A stretch of 64,000 nt of DNA, taken from positions 12,396 to 76,395 of IMG/VR virus record IMGVR_UViG_3300029305_001557; one strand, written 5' to 3'. The translations under genes were made by a program, and so were the position numbers. Source of the DNA: a virus. Lineage: Duplodnaviria > Caudoviricetes. The notes under the pieces were generated by a model. That model searched no databases and was not told the DNA's origin. It saw only the letters and a list, made by a program, of their open reading frames with translations. Shown here piece after piece: positions 17,381-26,368 of the stretch. Every line of letters starts with the position of its first letter. The first letter of the stretch is position 1.

Positions 17381-18969
17381 TATCCTCTTTTGAAAATGCT
17401 ACGCTTTTGTTGAGGATTTTCGCCCTCAATAATAAACCCAAGTTTTTTATATCTACGGTCACGAGTAGCTCCGTGATTAGCTAAAGAATAAACATAAGGA
17501 ACACGATAGTCATATAGAACTGCCGTTGACAACTTATTAGACTCTTTAACTCTGCGAATACGACCTACAGCTTGTTCAGTGTTCTTTTCATTATTTATAG
17601 AAGAAACAAGGAACTCAACTTCCCACTGCTTAACATTTGTACCCTCTGTAGCTTTAGCATAGGTAGTTAAAGTAACATAAGGTCTTTGCTTCTCCGCTTT
17701 TTCAAGAACAGACTTATTATCAGGGTTATCTCCATAGTATAAGCCAATAGACTCTTCAGGAATAAACTCTTTCAGAGCTTCAAAATATGACCGACACTGC
17801 TCTTTTTGAGTGAAAAACAAAATACAGCTATGTCCTCTATCATACTCAATAGCAACATCTCCACACACTTGTGCTTTATAGACTTCATCATTCACCACAA
17901 AATTATCTACAACCTGATAGCTTAATGTAGGACGGTCTTTATATGGAATTTCAGAGATACGGACATAACCGTGTTTCATTTCTACTTCCGCAGGAGCGTA
18001 TAAGTCAATGAGCTTATATACAGGGTGTTCATCTGTACCGATATTCTGAAAAAGAGGGTCAAAATACACAAAGGATTTTCTCTTAATCACCTTAACAGGG
18101 AGTATGTCATTCTCTCCGTCTGTCTCTTTATCGTCCTCATACTTGAAAACAATAGAACCATAGTAAAGGTTCATAATGTGGTCAAGTCCGTCAGAACGCT
18201 CGGGAGTAGCAGTAAGTCCCAATCTGTAACGAGGTCTAAAATTAGAGACCACTGAGTAAGAGCTTGCAGGGCAATGGTGCATTTCATCTTGAATAACAAA
18301 ACCAAAAGTGCTATATAGTTTTTTTAAGTCCTCTGCACTTAAACGATTTAAGGTCTGCACAGTAGCTATTGTGATAAAATGACCAATCTCTCGACTCTTT
18401 GCTTTTATTAGACCTGCGTGTACTTTATTATCAAAGGCAAGAGCTATATCTTTCTTCCACCCTTCTACAAGGTCATCTTTATGCACCACAATTAAAGTCT
18501 TACACGATAATTGAGACGCAATATATAAGCCAAGAATAGATTTACCCTTACCTGTAGGCAACTGAATAATACTCTGAGGTGGAATAGAGTCCTTAACTGA
18601 TAAATAGTTTTCAGCCGCTTTCTCTTGGTCTTCTCTAAGAGTCAAAACAAAAGGTGCGTGGTCTACCTGTGAATACACTCTTTCATCAACGACTTCTAAT
18701 CTGCCTGACACTACAGAAAAAATATCAAAACCTATCGGAACTTTTATACACGGCTCTCCGTTATAACGACCTTGCTCATAATACATAAGAGACGGTGGAA
18801 TAGCTACCCGACTATAACGAGAAAACCTAAGAGCGTTTCTATAAGCAGGGTTATCAAAAGTGAGCTTATTCTTTATTGCCGTAATCTCATCAGCAGAGGG
18901 ACTACATAAAATCTGACCGTCAGCTATAATAAGCTTTCTACGATTTACTTTTTTAAGTACCACAAACAT
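17377..18969 (-). CDS. superfamily 2 DNA/RNA helicase
   Basis: LPTGKGKS, QDEMHH, LTAT and QAVGRIRR; start MFVVLK. Confidence 0.9.
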   Translation of the reverse strand: MFVVLKKVNRRKLIIADGQILCSPSADEITAIKNKLTFDNPAYRNALRFSRYSRVAIPPSLMYYEQGRYNGEPCIKVPIGFDIFSVVSGRLEVVDERVYSQVDHAPFVLTLREDQEKAAENYLSVKDSIPPQSIIQLPTGKGKSILGLYIASQLSCKTLIVVHKDDLVEGWKKDIALAFDNKVHAGLIKAKSREIGHFITIATVQTLNRLSAEDLKKLYSTFGFVIQDEMHHCPASSYSVVSNFRPRYRLGLTATPERSDGLDHIMNLYYGSIVFKYEDDKETDGENDILPVKVIKRKSFVYFDPLFQNIGTDEHPVYKLIDLYAPAEVEMKHGYVRISEIPYKDRPTLSYQVVDNFVVNDEVYKAQVCGDVAIEYDRGHSCILFFTQKEQCRSYFEALKEFIPEESIGLYYGDNPDNKSVLEKAEKQRPYVTLTTYAKATEGTNVKQWEVEFLVSSINNEKNTEQAVGRIRRVKESNKLSTAVLYDYRVPYVYSLANHGATRDRRYKKLGFIIEGENPQQKRSIFKRGY

Positions 18970-18999
18970 TCTCCTTTCTTGTTTATTTGGTCTACGCTT

Positions 19000-19028
19000 A
19001 TTATAACATAAATTGAAGCGTTTGTCAA
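19000..19028 (-). promoter_or_regulatory. consensus sigmaA promoter
   Basis: TTGACA-17 nt-TATAAT. Confidence 0.85.
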
Positions 19029-19077
19029 AACTAAAAGGCACTCCCTCGATGTGAAGAAGTGCCTTGTTTCAGGGTCT

Positions 19078-19177
19078 GCATTATCTACCTAATACTACTT
19101 ATATAAGCTATATAGTATATTATATAATATTACATAACTTAATAAATATTCCCATAGGGAATGTCGGCAAGCCGACA
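19078..19177. repeat. copy 1 of a dispersed module (17-mer + AT tract + palindrome + hairpin)
   Basis: GCATTATCTACCTAATA at 19078-19094 is identical to 58844-58860. Confidence 0.75.
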
Positions 19178-19178
19178 A

Positions 19179-19541
19179 TCACTCTTTTTGGATTTCAGGA
19201 GATAAAGTCTGAGTAATTAAAATATTCGCTTTGTCATTAGATACTAACCAATTCTTCATCTGAGATACAGCGTCCTCAATTAGCTTATCAATCTGTTTCT
19301 CAGTAAAAAAGAACTTACACACCGCAGGTAACTTATCATACAGCCACGAAGTAACTGCGGCATATTTAAGTGTGCCTGTACCACCACCAAATTCAGCTTC
19401 TGCTTCACACACAAGGTAGAAGCAAATCTGCTTGGCATACTTAGTATAACCCTTCTTAATCAGCACCACAAGGGCAATGATGAAGAGTAAAACGACAAGA
19501 ATAGAACTCCAATGGAGCGTGATAAAATCAATGAAACTCAT
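19179..19541 (-). CDS. holin-like membrane protein
   Basis: N-terminal TM helix, EAE..FGGGTG.LKYAAV pattern, next to the endolysin. Confidence 0.7.
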   Translation of the reverse strand: MSFIDFITLHWSSILVVLLFIIALVVLIKKGYTKYAKQICFYLVCEAEAEFGGGTGTLKYAAVTSWLYDKLPAVCKFFFTEKQIDKLIEDAVSQMKNWLVSNDKANILITQTLSPEIQKE

Positions 19542-19556
19542 AACGATTTCCTCCGT

Positions 19557-21254
19557 TTATTTAAGCATTTGATTCACTCTGTTTTGAACAGCTTTCGGGT
19601 CATAGCCTGCCTGAGTCAACTTGGTAACTCTTGTAGCACCATTTCCCCACTTACCTTGAATTACCTCTTTGGCAATTTCATCAATGGATTTCAGTGAAGA
19701 CTTAACTGACTGAATACAGTCAATAGCAACCCAAGTATTGATACCTGCAAGTCGGGCAGTCGTACCCTTCTTTATTTTATACCCTAAAAGGACACACTTT
19801 TTACCGCCTTTAATTACTTCCTTACCGTTAGAGGTAGTAGCAGTAATAATATGGGTATAGTCATTCTTTACCCACGCAGGGATTTTAGCAGAAACAGGAT
19901 TGTACTTCTCACCCACGATTTTAACTTCATCTCCCACTTTGAAAGCAGGGGTAGGGTTAGAGGTAGAGGTCGAGGGTTTAACCGTTTCTGAGGGCTTCTG
20001 TGGGGTCTCAGTAGGGGTCGTGGACGGAACAACAGGAGCTTGGTTTACGGAAGTAAATCCATTAAGCTTTGCAGAACGAATAACTGTGGGGTAATCCTTA
20101 TAGGCAATATCGAGGTCTACATTGCCGTTAATACCGTCAACCTTACCTGTAGACGAGTACTGCCACATACCTGTAATGGACTTATTTGCATAAGTACAAG
20201 CAGAAGCCCACTGAGCTACCCAATGGTCGAAACGAGTAAGCTTAGAGTCATCGAGAATATTCTTTAACCAATTCAGATTACTGTATAAAGAACACCAATA
20301 ACCTGCTTTCTCAATGATGTCGCCGAAAGCAATCACCATATTGGTTAAAACAGTCTTTCCGAGAGCTTGCTGTTTCGGGTCTTCGAGGTCAAAAGAAATC
20401 GGGTAGGTGAACACACCCTTATACTTATTTAAGGTGTCTACAACAAACTGAGCTTCCTTCTTTGCCGCTTCAACAGACATAGCGTAGGAGTAGAAGTAGC
20501 AACCTACATTTACACCTGCTTTAACAGCATTAACGACATTCTTGTGGAAGTAGGAGTCTACACCACACTGAGTACCGTCAGAAGAGCCATAGCCCAATCT
20601 AATCATAGCAAACTTAATACCCGAAGCTTTTACTTTCGCCCAATCAATCTCTCCCTGCCACTTAGACACATCAATGCCCTTTACTTCAGTCTTTGAAGTA
20701 GTGGGGGCAATGTTGGAAGAAGTTTCATAGGTCACATAAGGAAGCTTACCGTGTTTAGTCCAATTTCTACGCTTATAACCTGACTTAGTGCAGTTGCAAG
20801 CAGTGATTTGGACTTTGTTAGCCCACGCAGGAGTACATTCAACAGCAAGACCGTCTCCTACATACACACCTATGTGTCCGGGACACCATACTGCTTCACC
20901 CACTTCAATTTTATTGAAATCGGTAGAAAGATTAGAGCATTTCGTAATCATTGTGTCAGCACCGATGTCGGGAACACCATTAGACTGATATGTCGCCCCA
21001 CCGTATGTCTTTGAAGGGTCTGCAACGAACCCCCAAAGAACGCTCTTAATAAGGCATACACAGTCAAAAGCAAAGGTATCGTCAGTTGCCGCTTCGATGA
21101 ATTTCACTCTGTCAGGGTCGGTATTCCAAGAGTTTTTATAAGCTCTCTGTTTACCTTTTGCGTTTAAGGGATAGCCTATACCTCCCATAACATACAAAGT
21201 TTTTACATTCTTAGCAATGTGTATCAACTTTGCCGCAAGTTCTTTATTTGTCAT
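19557..21254 (-). CDS. modular endolysin: Cys/His peptidoglycan hydrolase + GH25 muramidase + SH3-like + Cpl-7 repeat
   Basis: FDCVCLIK...GHIGVYVG; GIDVSKWQG...FDLED...WVAQW...WQYSSTG...VDLD; FKVGDEV; SIDEIAKEVIQGKWGNG. Confidence 0.9.
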   Translation of the reverse strand: MTNKELAAKLIHIAKNVKTLYVMGGIGYPLNAKGKQRAYKNSWNTDPDRVKFIEAATDDTFAFDCVCLIKSVLWGFVADPSKTYGGATYQSNGVPDIGADTMITKCSNLSTDFNKIEVGEAVWCPGHIGVYVGDGLAVECTPAWANKVQITACNCTKSGYKRRNWTKHGKLPYVTYETSSNIAPTTSKTEVKGIDVSKWQGEIDWAKVKASGIKFAMIRLGYGSSDGTQCGVDSYFHKNVVNAVKAGVNVGCYFYSYAMSVEAAKKEAQFVVDTLNKYKGVFTYPISFDLEDPKQQALGKTVLTNMVIAFGDIIEKAGYWCSLYSNLNWLKNILDDSKLTRFDHWVAQWASACTYANKSITGMWQYSSTGKVDGINGNVDLDIAYKDYPTVIRSAKLNGFTSVNQAPVVPSTTPTETPQKPSETVKPSTSTSNPTPAFKVGDEVKIVGEKYNPVSAKIPAWVKNDYTHIITATTSNGKEVIKGGKKCVLLGYKIKKGTTARLAGINTWVAIDCIQSVKSSLKSIDEIAKEVIQGKWGNGATRVTKLTQAGYDPKAVQNRVNQMLK

Positions 21255-21268
21255 CTTAGCTACCTCCT

Positions 21269-21661
21269 TTAATAGCTTTGAATGTTAATATCTTCATTGA
21301 CAGCTTCCTGCATAGTCATATCGACTTTTGAGTCAAGAGCTTCCTCTACAGAAGATATTTCTTTATCTATTAAACAAATCTCTTTAGGATTTTTCTTCGC
21401 CATTTTGATTTTATATTCTAAGAATGAAATCTTAAAGCGGAAGATGTTTTCCATTTTAGACTTGTTTAAGTAGAAAACGATAGTCGCTCCTGCTATACCT
21501 CCTGTTAAGGGGAGAACATACATAAATACTGATGTATCTCTCCCCTCATAGGAGAACCATATAGCAAGGGCTACAGTGATAACAAAGACAAGAACAGTAA
21601 CCCACAACACTTGCTTAGTAGTTGTAAAGTTCTTCTCTTTCTTTGTTTTTCGCTTAGCCAT
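21269..21661 (-). CDS. membrane protein (lysis module)
   Basis: Two TM helices. Confidence 0.65.
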   Translation of the reverse strand: MAKRKTKKEKNFTTTKQVLWVTVLVFVITVALAIWFSYEGRDTSVFMYVLPLTGGIAGATIVFYLNKSKMENIFRFKISFLEYKIKMAKKNPKEICLIDKEISSVEEALDSKVDMTMQEAVNEDINIQSY

Positions 21662-21663
21662 AC

Positions 21664-21999
21664 TTACACACCACCTTGAATAACAAGTGCAAGAACAGCA
21701 CCGATAACTGCTCCAACAATGGTAGTGATAATACAGCTTATAATTGTTCGCTTGTAATGCTTAAAATCCTCCGCAGGAGCTTCTTTCAAGTTCTTAACAT
21801 CAGCCTTTAACTCTTTCTGCTCTTCTACCATAGTGCTAACAGTAAGGGTTAAACGGTCAACGGAACGAGTCAAAGAGTTCATTGCTTCCTGCTGATTTTC
21901 ACATTTTACAAGCCTATGCTCAATCTCTTCGATTTCGTGCTTAAAGTCACTATGCTCCAAGATAAGCTTTTCGTATTCTTTTTGGGTCAATTCGTGCAT
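21664..21999 (-). CDS. coiled-coil protein with C-terminal TM helix (XhlA/holin-like)
   Basis: HRLVKCE coiled coil followed by a hydrophobic C-terminus. Confidence 0.6.
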   Translation of the reverse strand: MHELTQKEYEKLILEHSDFKHEIEEIEHRLVKCENQQEAMNSLTRSVDRLTLTVSTMVEEQKELKADVKNLKEAPAEDFKHYKRTIISCIITTIVGAVIGAVLALVIQGGV

Positions 22000-22111
22000 A
22001 CCCTACACTCCTTTCTGTAAGATTGGGTATTTTAGTACCCAATCTCCACAAAAAGTAGGCGGGTATCTACGGTTGTTTTTGCTTTTCTGCCACGACATTG
22101 TACAGGGACTA

Positions 22112-22240
22112 TTAGTCCACAATGAGGTCTGCAAGGTCAAGAGCAGTAAGCTCCTCAGCAACCTTAGCTTTGAGGGTAGCAGGAACTTGTGCATAAGTTC
22201 TTCTACCTGCAATGATAAGAGCAACATAAACAGCGACCAT
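22112..22240 (-). CDS. CD1375-like small protein
   Basis: MVAVYVALIIAGRRTYAQVPATLKAKV; RBS AAGGAGG. Confidence 0.75.
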   Translation of the reverse strand: MVAVYVALIIAGRRTYAQVPATLKAKVAEELTALDLADLIVD

Positions 22241-22286
22241 TTCATTTGTACCTCCTTTCAACAAGATTAGAAAACACAGGCGAATT

Positions 22287-22454
22287 TTAAGCCACATAAG
22301 GCTCACCTGTAATCTCTTCATAGCGTTCAGGAGTGATATAGCCACGAGCAACATCATTCTTTAAGATAGATTTAACTTCTCTCTTTAAGCTGTCAGGTAC
22401 TTGCGACCAAGTTCTCTTTCCTGCATACAGCAATTCAACATAAACTTGTGCCAT
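22287..22454 (-). CDS. CD1375/XkdX-like small protein (not in ORF track)
   Basis: 55 aa MAQVYVELLYAGKRTWSQVPDSLKREV...GYITPERYEEITGEPY; RBS GGAGG. Confidence 0.75.
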   Translation of the reverse strand: MAQVYVELLYAGKRTWSQVPDSLKREVKSILKNDVARGYITPERYEEITGEPYVA

Positions 22455-22455
22455 A

Positions 22456-22743
22456 TTACACTACCTCCTCGTTGTAAAGGGTTTCATAAAGCTCGGCAAG
22501 ACCTACCATAGTAGTAAGATTTGTTTCCTCTAACTGAGCATTTTTCTCTTCAAGTCGAGTCATATACTCAGAATGAGTTAAAACTTCTTCATCATACTGC
22601 CAACAATGCTTGCCGGGCATTTCTTCGGTATCAGGTTCGTCAATACGGACGATATTAGTCCTGATATAAGCGTGAAACTCGTCTCTCTCGAAAGGGAGAA
22701 CAGTCTCGGCGGTGCTTTCAACACCTTTAATTAAGTCTGCCAT
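22456..22743 (-). CDS. tail-fibre-associated small protein (XkdW-like position)
   Basis: Start MADLIK (RBS AAGGAGG); C-terminal coiled coil ending GLAELYE. Confidence 0.55.
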   Translation of the reverse strand: MADLIKGVESTAETVLPFERDEFHAYIRTNIVRIDEPDTEEMPGKHCWQYDEEVLTHSEYMTRLEEKNAQLEETNLTTMVGLAELYETLYNEEVV

Positions 22744-23785
22744 TGAGAATAACCTCCTTATAAAATTTCTCAGCATACGGTTCTAAAGGAACAATATACT
22801 TTTGAGACAACCTATAGCTATCACAGTACATAAGCCAACCTTTATAAGAGTTTATAGAACACCACTGACTAAAGGTCATCTGACCCTTCGTCTCAATAGT
22901 CTTCCATATTTCACGCACTCTTCGTTTCAGGTTCATAGCAGTGGACTTTCTGAGCAGAACATAGTCAGGGAAGATACGATAGCCTAAGAAATCAATTCCT
23001 CTATCTTTTACAGGGAAGACTTGATAATTCTGCTTCATCTTTAAGCCCTGAGTCGTTAAGTACTCTTCAATATCCTTCCGCAACTGATGTAGCTCTTCTT
23101 TGGTCTTTGCGAGAATAACCACATCGTCCATATATCTGTAATAGTGTTTCAATTTCTTCTTCTCTTTGCACCAATGGTCAAAATCAGAGAGGAAGAAGTT
23201 ACCACTCCACTGAGACATATAGTTTCCAATAGGAACACCTATATCTTCATCAGTACTGTCTACTATTTCATCTATCAACCACAATAAGTCAGCGTCCTTA
23301 AACAGCTTTCTATATTTCTCTTTCAAGAGGTCGTGCCTGATACTCGGATAATACTTAGTAATATCCATTTTGAAACAGTACTTAGTCCCTTCAGGGTCTT
23401 CTCGTATAGCTCGTTTTATTCTCTTCAGAGCTAAATGAACGCCACGCTTAGGGATTGCGGAGTAAGTATCCGTGATAATAGTATTGATTAAGTAAGGTTC
23501 AATGACCTGCAATAAAGCCCATTGAGCAATTCTGTCAGGAAAGTAAGGAAGTTTGAATATCTCCCTCTCCTTCTTGTAGTCTTTCTTTATAAAAGACTCA
23601 TACTCAGAGGTATTATAGGTCTTGTTAATCAATAGCTCCTGTAACTTTTCAATGTACACCTGTAAATTTGCGTCTATCTGTACGACTTCTTTATACCACC
23701 CTTTACCTTTTCGGGCATTTTTGTGGGCGGCTTCTAAGTTGCCTGTTTCGTAGATTTTAGGGTACAAATAACCGACTCTTTTCAA
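22727..23785 (-). CDS. DGR reverse transcriptase
   Basis: PYFPDRIAQWA, KMDITKYYPSI, GVPIGNYMSQW, RYMDD and IDFLGY; adjacent TR/VR pair. Confidence 0.96.
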   Translation of the reverse strand: MKRVGYLYPKIYETGNLEAAHKNARKGKGWYKEVVQIDANLQVYIEKLQELLINKTYNTSEYESFIKKDYKKEREIFKLPYFPDRIAQWALLQVIEPYLINTIITDTYSAIPKRGVHLALKRIKRAIREDPEGTKYCFKMDITKYYPSIRHDLLKEKYRKLFKDADLLWLIDEIVDSTDEDIGVPIGNYMSQWSGNFFLSDFDHWCKEKKKLKHYYRYMDDVVILAKTKEELHQLRKDIEEYLTTQGLKMKQNYQVFPVKDRGIDFLGYRIFPDYVLLRKSTAMNLKRRVREIWKTIETKGQMTFSQWCSINSYKGWLMYCDSYRLSQKYIVPLEPYAEKFYKEVILNGRLN

Positions 23786-24014
23786 GGAGTCACAGCCTTT
23801 CTAAGCTGTTTGTGCTTTAGCAGAGCGTTCAATGAGCATTACCTCCTTACTAACACCACTTGCGTTTTCTATGTTTTGCCACCTTATAGGAAGCGTCCTG
23901 AGTATGTCGGACACATTCAGGCGAATAATGAGCTTCCTATAAGGCTCTGAGGGGCAGGGTAACAAAGTGTACTTAACGGTGGTTTGGTATTTAACCTTAC
24001 TATGAATACTAATT

Positions 24015-24140
24015 GCACAAATAGTAAGTACCCGCTGATATTCCGATTACGATTACTCGAAGTATTATTCACATTACGAGAACACAATCCAACATTCGTA
24101 CCATTATTCCAATTACAATTACGATTTGACACATACCAAC
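24015..24140 (-). ncRNA. DGR template repeat (TR)
   Basis: 126 bp, ungapped match to 24229-24354 with 18 mismatches, all at TR adenines on the coding strand; 12 AAT codons in frame. Confidence 0.96.
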
Positions 24141-24193
24141 AGCTTGTTACCCATAGAGATTTCACAATAGCTCTCTACAAACTATAATGCTTT

Positions 24194-26353
24194 TTACTCG
24201 CCCGTAACAGGAGTACCTTTAGGTTCAGGCACAAACAGTAAGAACCCGCCGAAATACCGATTACGATTACCCGAAGCATAAGCCACATTACGAGAACACA
24301 ATCCAACAGTCGCACCATAATACCAATAACAACTACGATCAGACACATACCAACCGTTATAGGTGTAGTTCTGATAGAAGTAGTCGTGGATAGGATAGCT
24401 TGAAGAACCTGTGGTCTTTGTTGCTAAGAAGCCCCAGTCAAAGTCTTCACTGTAGCCTACTCTGTTTACATAGCCATTTGCTTTTGCAAGAGAGAAGCCC
24501 GTAGACTTGTAACCGTCAGCGTCTTTAGTGTTATCAGTGTAGATACCCGTATGAGAGAAGTAAGCGTCATTCTTACCCTTAGCTTCAATATTGAGACCTT
24601 CTTCCCAATACGAACCATTGCCCCAATTATTCTCTTCACCTCTGTAGGTAACAGAACGCTTACCTGCTGTACCTTCTGCTTCACCTGTAGCGTTACCTAA
24701 AGCAGAAGTGTCACCGTTCTTGTAAGCCATATTGGTAGCTCCGTCATCGGTTAAAGTAGATACACCCCTGCCGACTTTGTTATAAGCGTCAAGAGAGCAG
24801 TACTCAATCAAGAATAAATATGCAGTACACATATTTGCGGAAAGGTCTTTCTGTTGCCAACCAAAACCTTCCTTAAAACGAGACTGAGAAGTCTCAGGGT
24901 CAATGTTTCTGTTATTAGCAAGAACCGTTACATTCTTACGAGTGAGGTTCTGAGTAAGACCACTTGCAGGTTTAACTCCGGCAATCGAGCAAAGCAAGTC
25001 ACCTGTACCTGCTGTGAAAGACGCTACCTGAGCATCATTCTCAATATAACCACCTGTACCTACCTGTGTCTTGTCGATGTCGCAAGTAACACCTGTGTTG
25101 TCGGTATCGACAAACTCAACAGTATTTCTTGCACCCGAATTTTTACAAGTAAAGATTACTTCTGCTCCTGTACCTGCAACAAGCCACGAGTCAAAAGTTG
25201 TAGCTCTAATTCTCGAAGCAACCGCTTCAGGTGTGCTGTCAGAAGCTTCAAGAGCAATCTTTTTAGACTCACCGTACTTGTCAAGGACAATAGTGATATT
25301 ACCTGCTGTGGTAACACCCTGAGTCACTGTTAAAGTGTTCTTCTCGACTACAACAGGGGAAACATCGAAGATACTTCCTCTGAAAGCAGGAAGATACGCT
25401 ACATCAGCGTCAACAAGGGGAATACCTCTTTGGAACAGAGGATAAAGCTTAAAGCCTGTTCTCGGGGTGAGGGACACATAGTATCTTGCTTTAACAAGAG
25501 ACCAACCACTCTGATTGTTCTGCTTCTCCATTTTAACAGGAACGGTCTTATACCAAAACTTAGGCTGTTCGACCATAACCTGTACTTTAGTACCCGCAGG
25601 GTAAGTAACTCCGTCTTTAACAACAGAGTCAGCAAGGACACCTGTTTCAGAATAACCTGCGTCACCGTAGTAAGCAACTACAACACCTTCATCTGTGATG
25701 TTACAGCGTCTTCTGCCACCCCACGGAGCAAGAGCGTCAAAATCTGCACCCTGAGATAAACCAATGTTAGCACCGAGTCTTGTGTACTTTCTGTTCTCGT
25801 AGTCGATTTCAACACCGTACACTTGCTCATCGTTGTAGCCCACAAAATCACAAAGCTCTTGGAAGTCTTCCAAGTGTTCATTAAAGGTTGCTACAGAAAC
25901 AAGTCCCGCAGGGTCAACCGTGATATTAAGCTGAGTCAACGCACTGTGAATAAGGTAAAACATATAGTTCATTGTAACAGGAGTTACCGCAGGTAACGGC
26001 ATAATATCTGCCGTGCCTTCATCACACTGAGCAATCATATAGAGGATTTCACCCATATCAGGGTGAGAAGCATAAACACCAATCTGATTGATGTTATAAG
26101 AAGCAGACAGGTTTGTATTAGTTACCTGCAATTCAAGGTTACTACCTGTACTCATTGTGGTAACTTTCGTCACCGACATTGTCTGCTTAATGGAACTTAC
26201 CGCAGTCTGTGTAAAAAGATTTGCGGCGGCAACACGACCACTACCTGTTACAACTTTAGTAATGGTAAGCTGACCCACACCTGCCTGAACTTTAGATAAA
26301 AGCTCTTGACCTTTCTGAGTCAACATAATGTTGTTTGAAGACCAAACTGCCAT
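24194..26353 (-). CDS. tail fibre / receptor-binding protein, DGR target
   Basis: N-terminal tail-collar-type segment (LTQKGQELL...ITKVVTGSG), C-terminal CLec-like region (RGEENNWGN.SYW) containing the VR. Confidence 0.9.
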   Translation of the reverse strand: MAVWSSNNIMLTQKGQELLSKVQAGVGQLTITKVVTGSGRVAAANLFTQTAVSSIKQTMSVTKVTTMSTGSNLELQVTNTNLSASYNINQIGVYASHPDMGEILYMIAQCDEGTADIMPLPAVTPVTMNYMFYLIHSALTQLNITVDPAGLVSVATFNEHLEDFQELCDFVGYNDEQVYGVEIDYENRKYTRLGANIGLSQGADFDALAPWGGRRRCNITDEGVVVAYYGDAGYSETGVLADSVVKDGVTYPAGTKVQVMVEQPKFWYKTVPVKMEKQNNQSGWSLVKARYYVSLTPRTGFKLYPLFQRGIPLVDADVAYLPAFRGSIFDVSPVVVEKNTLTVTQGVTTAGNITIVLDKYGESKKIALEASDSTPEAVASRIRATTFDSWLVAGTGAEVIFTCKNSGARNTVEFVDTDNTGVTCDIDKTQVGTGGYIENDAQVASFTAGTGDLLCSIAGVKPASGLTQNLTRKNVTVLANNRNIDPETSQSRFKEGFGWQQKDLSANMCTAYLFLIEYCSLDAYNKVGRGVSTLTDDGATNMAYKNGDTSALGNATGEAEGTAGKRSVTYRGEENNWGNGSYWEEGLNIEAKGKNDAYFSHTGIYTDNTKDADGYKSTGFSLAKANGYVNRVGYSEDFDWGFLATKTTGSSSYPIHDYFYQNYTYNGWYVSDRSCYWYYGATVGLCSRNVAYASGNRNRYFGGFLLFVPEPKGTPVTGE
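24229..24354 (-). repeat. DGR variable repeat (VR) at the 3' end of the tail fibre gene
   Basis: Encodes WYVSDRSCYWYYGATVGLCSRNVAYASGNRNRYFGGFLLFV. Confidence 0.96.
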
Positions 26354-26368
26354 TTTGAGATTACCTCC

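Noticed and set aside
23917-24187. ORFs 23917-24165 (-) and 23984-24187 (+) as Avd candidates
   Set aside because: They are translations of the TR itself, not helical Avd-like proteins.
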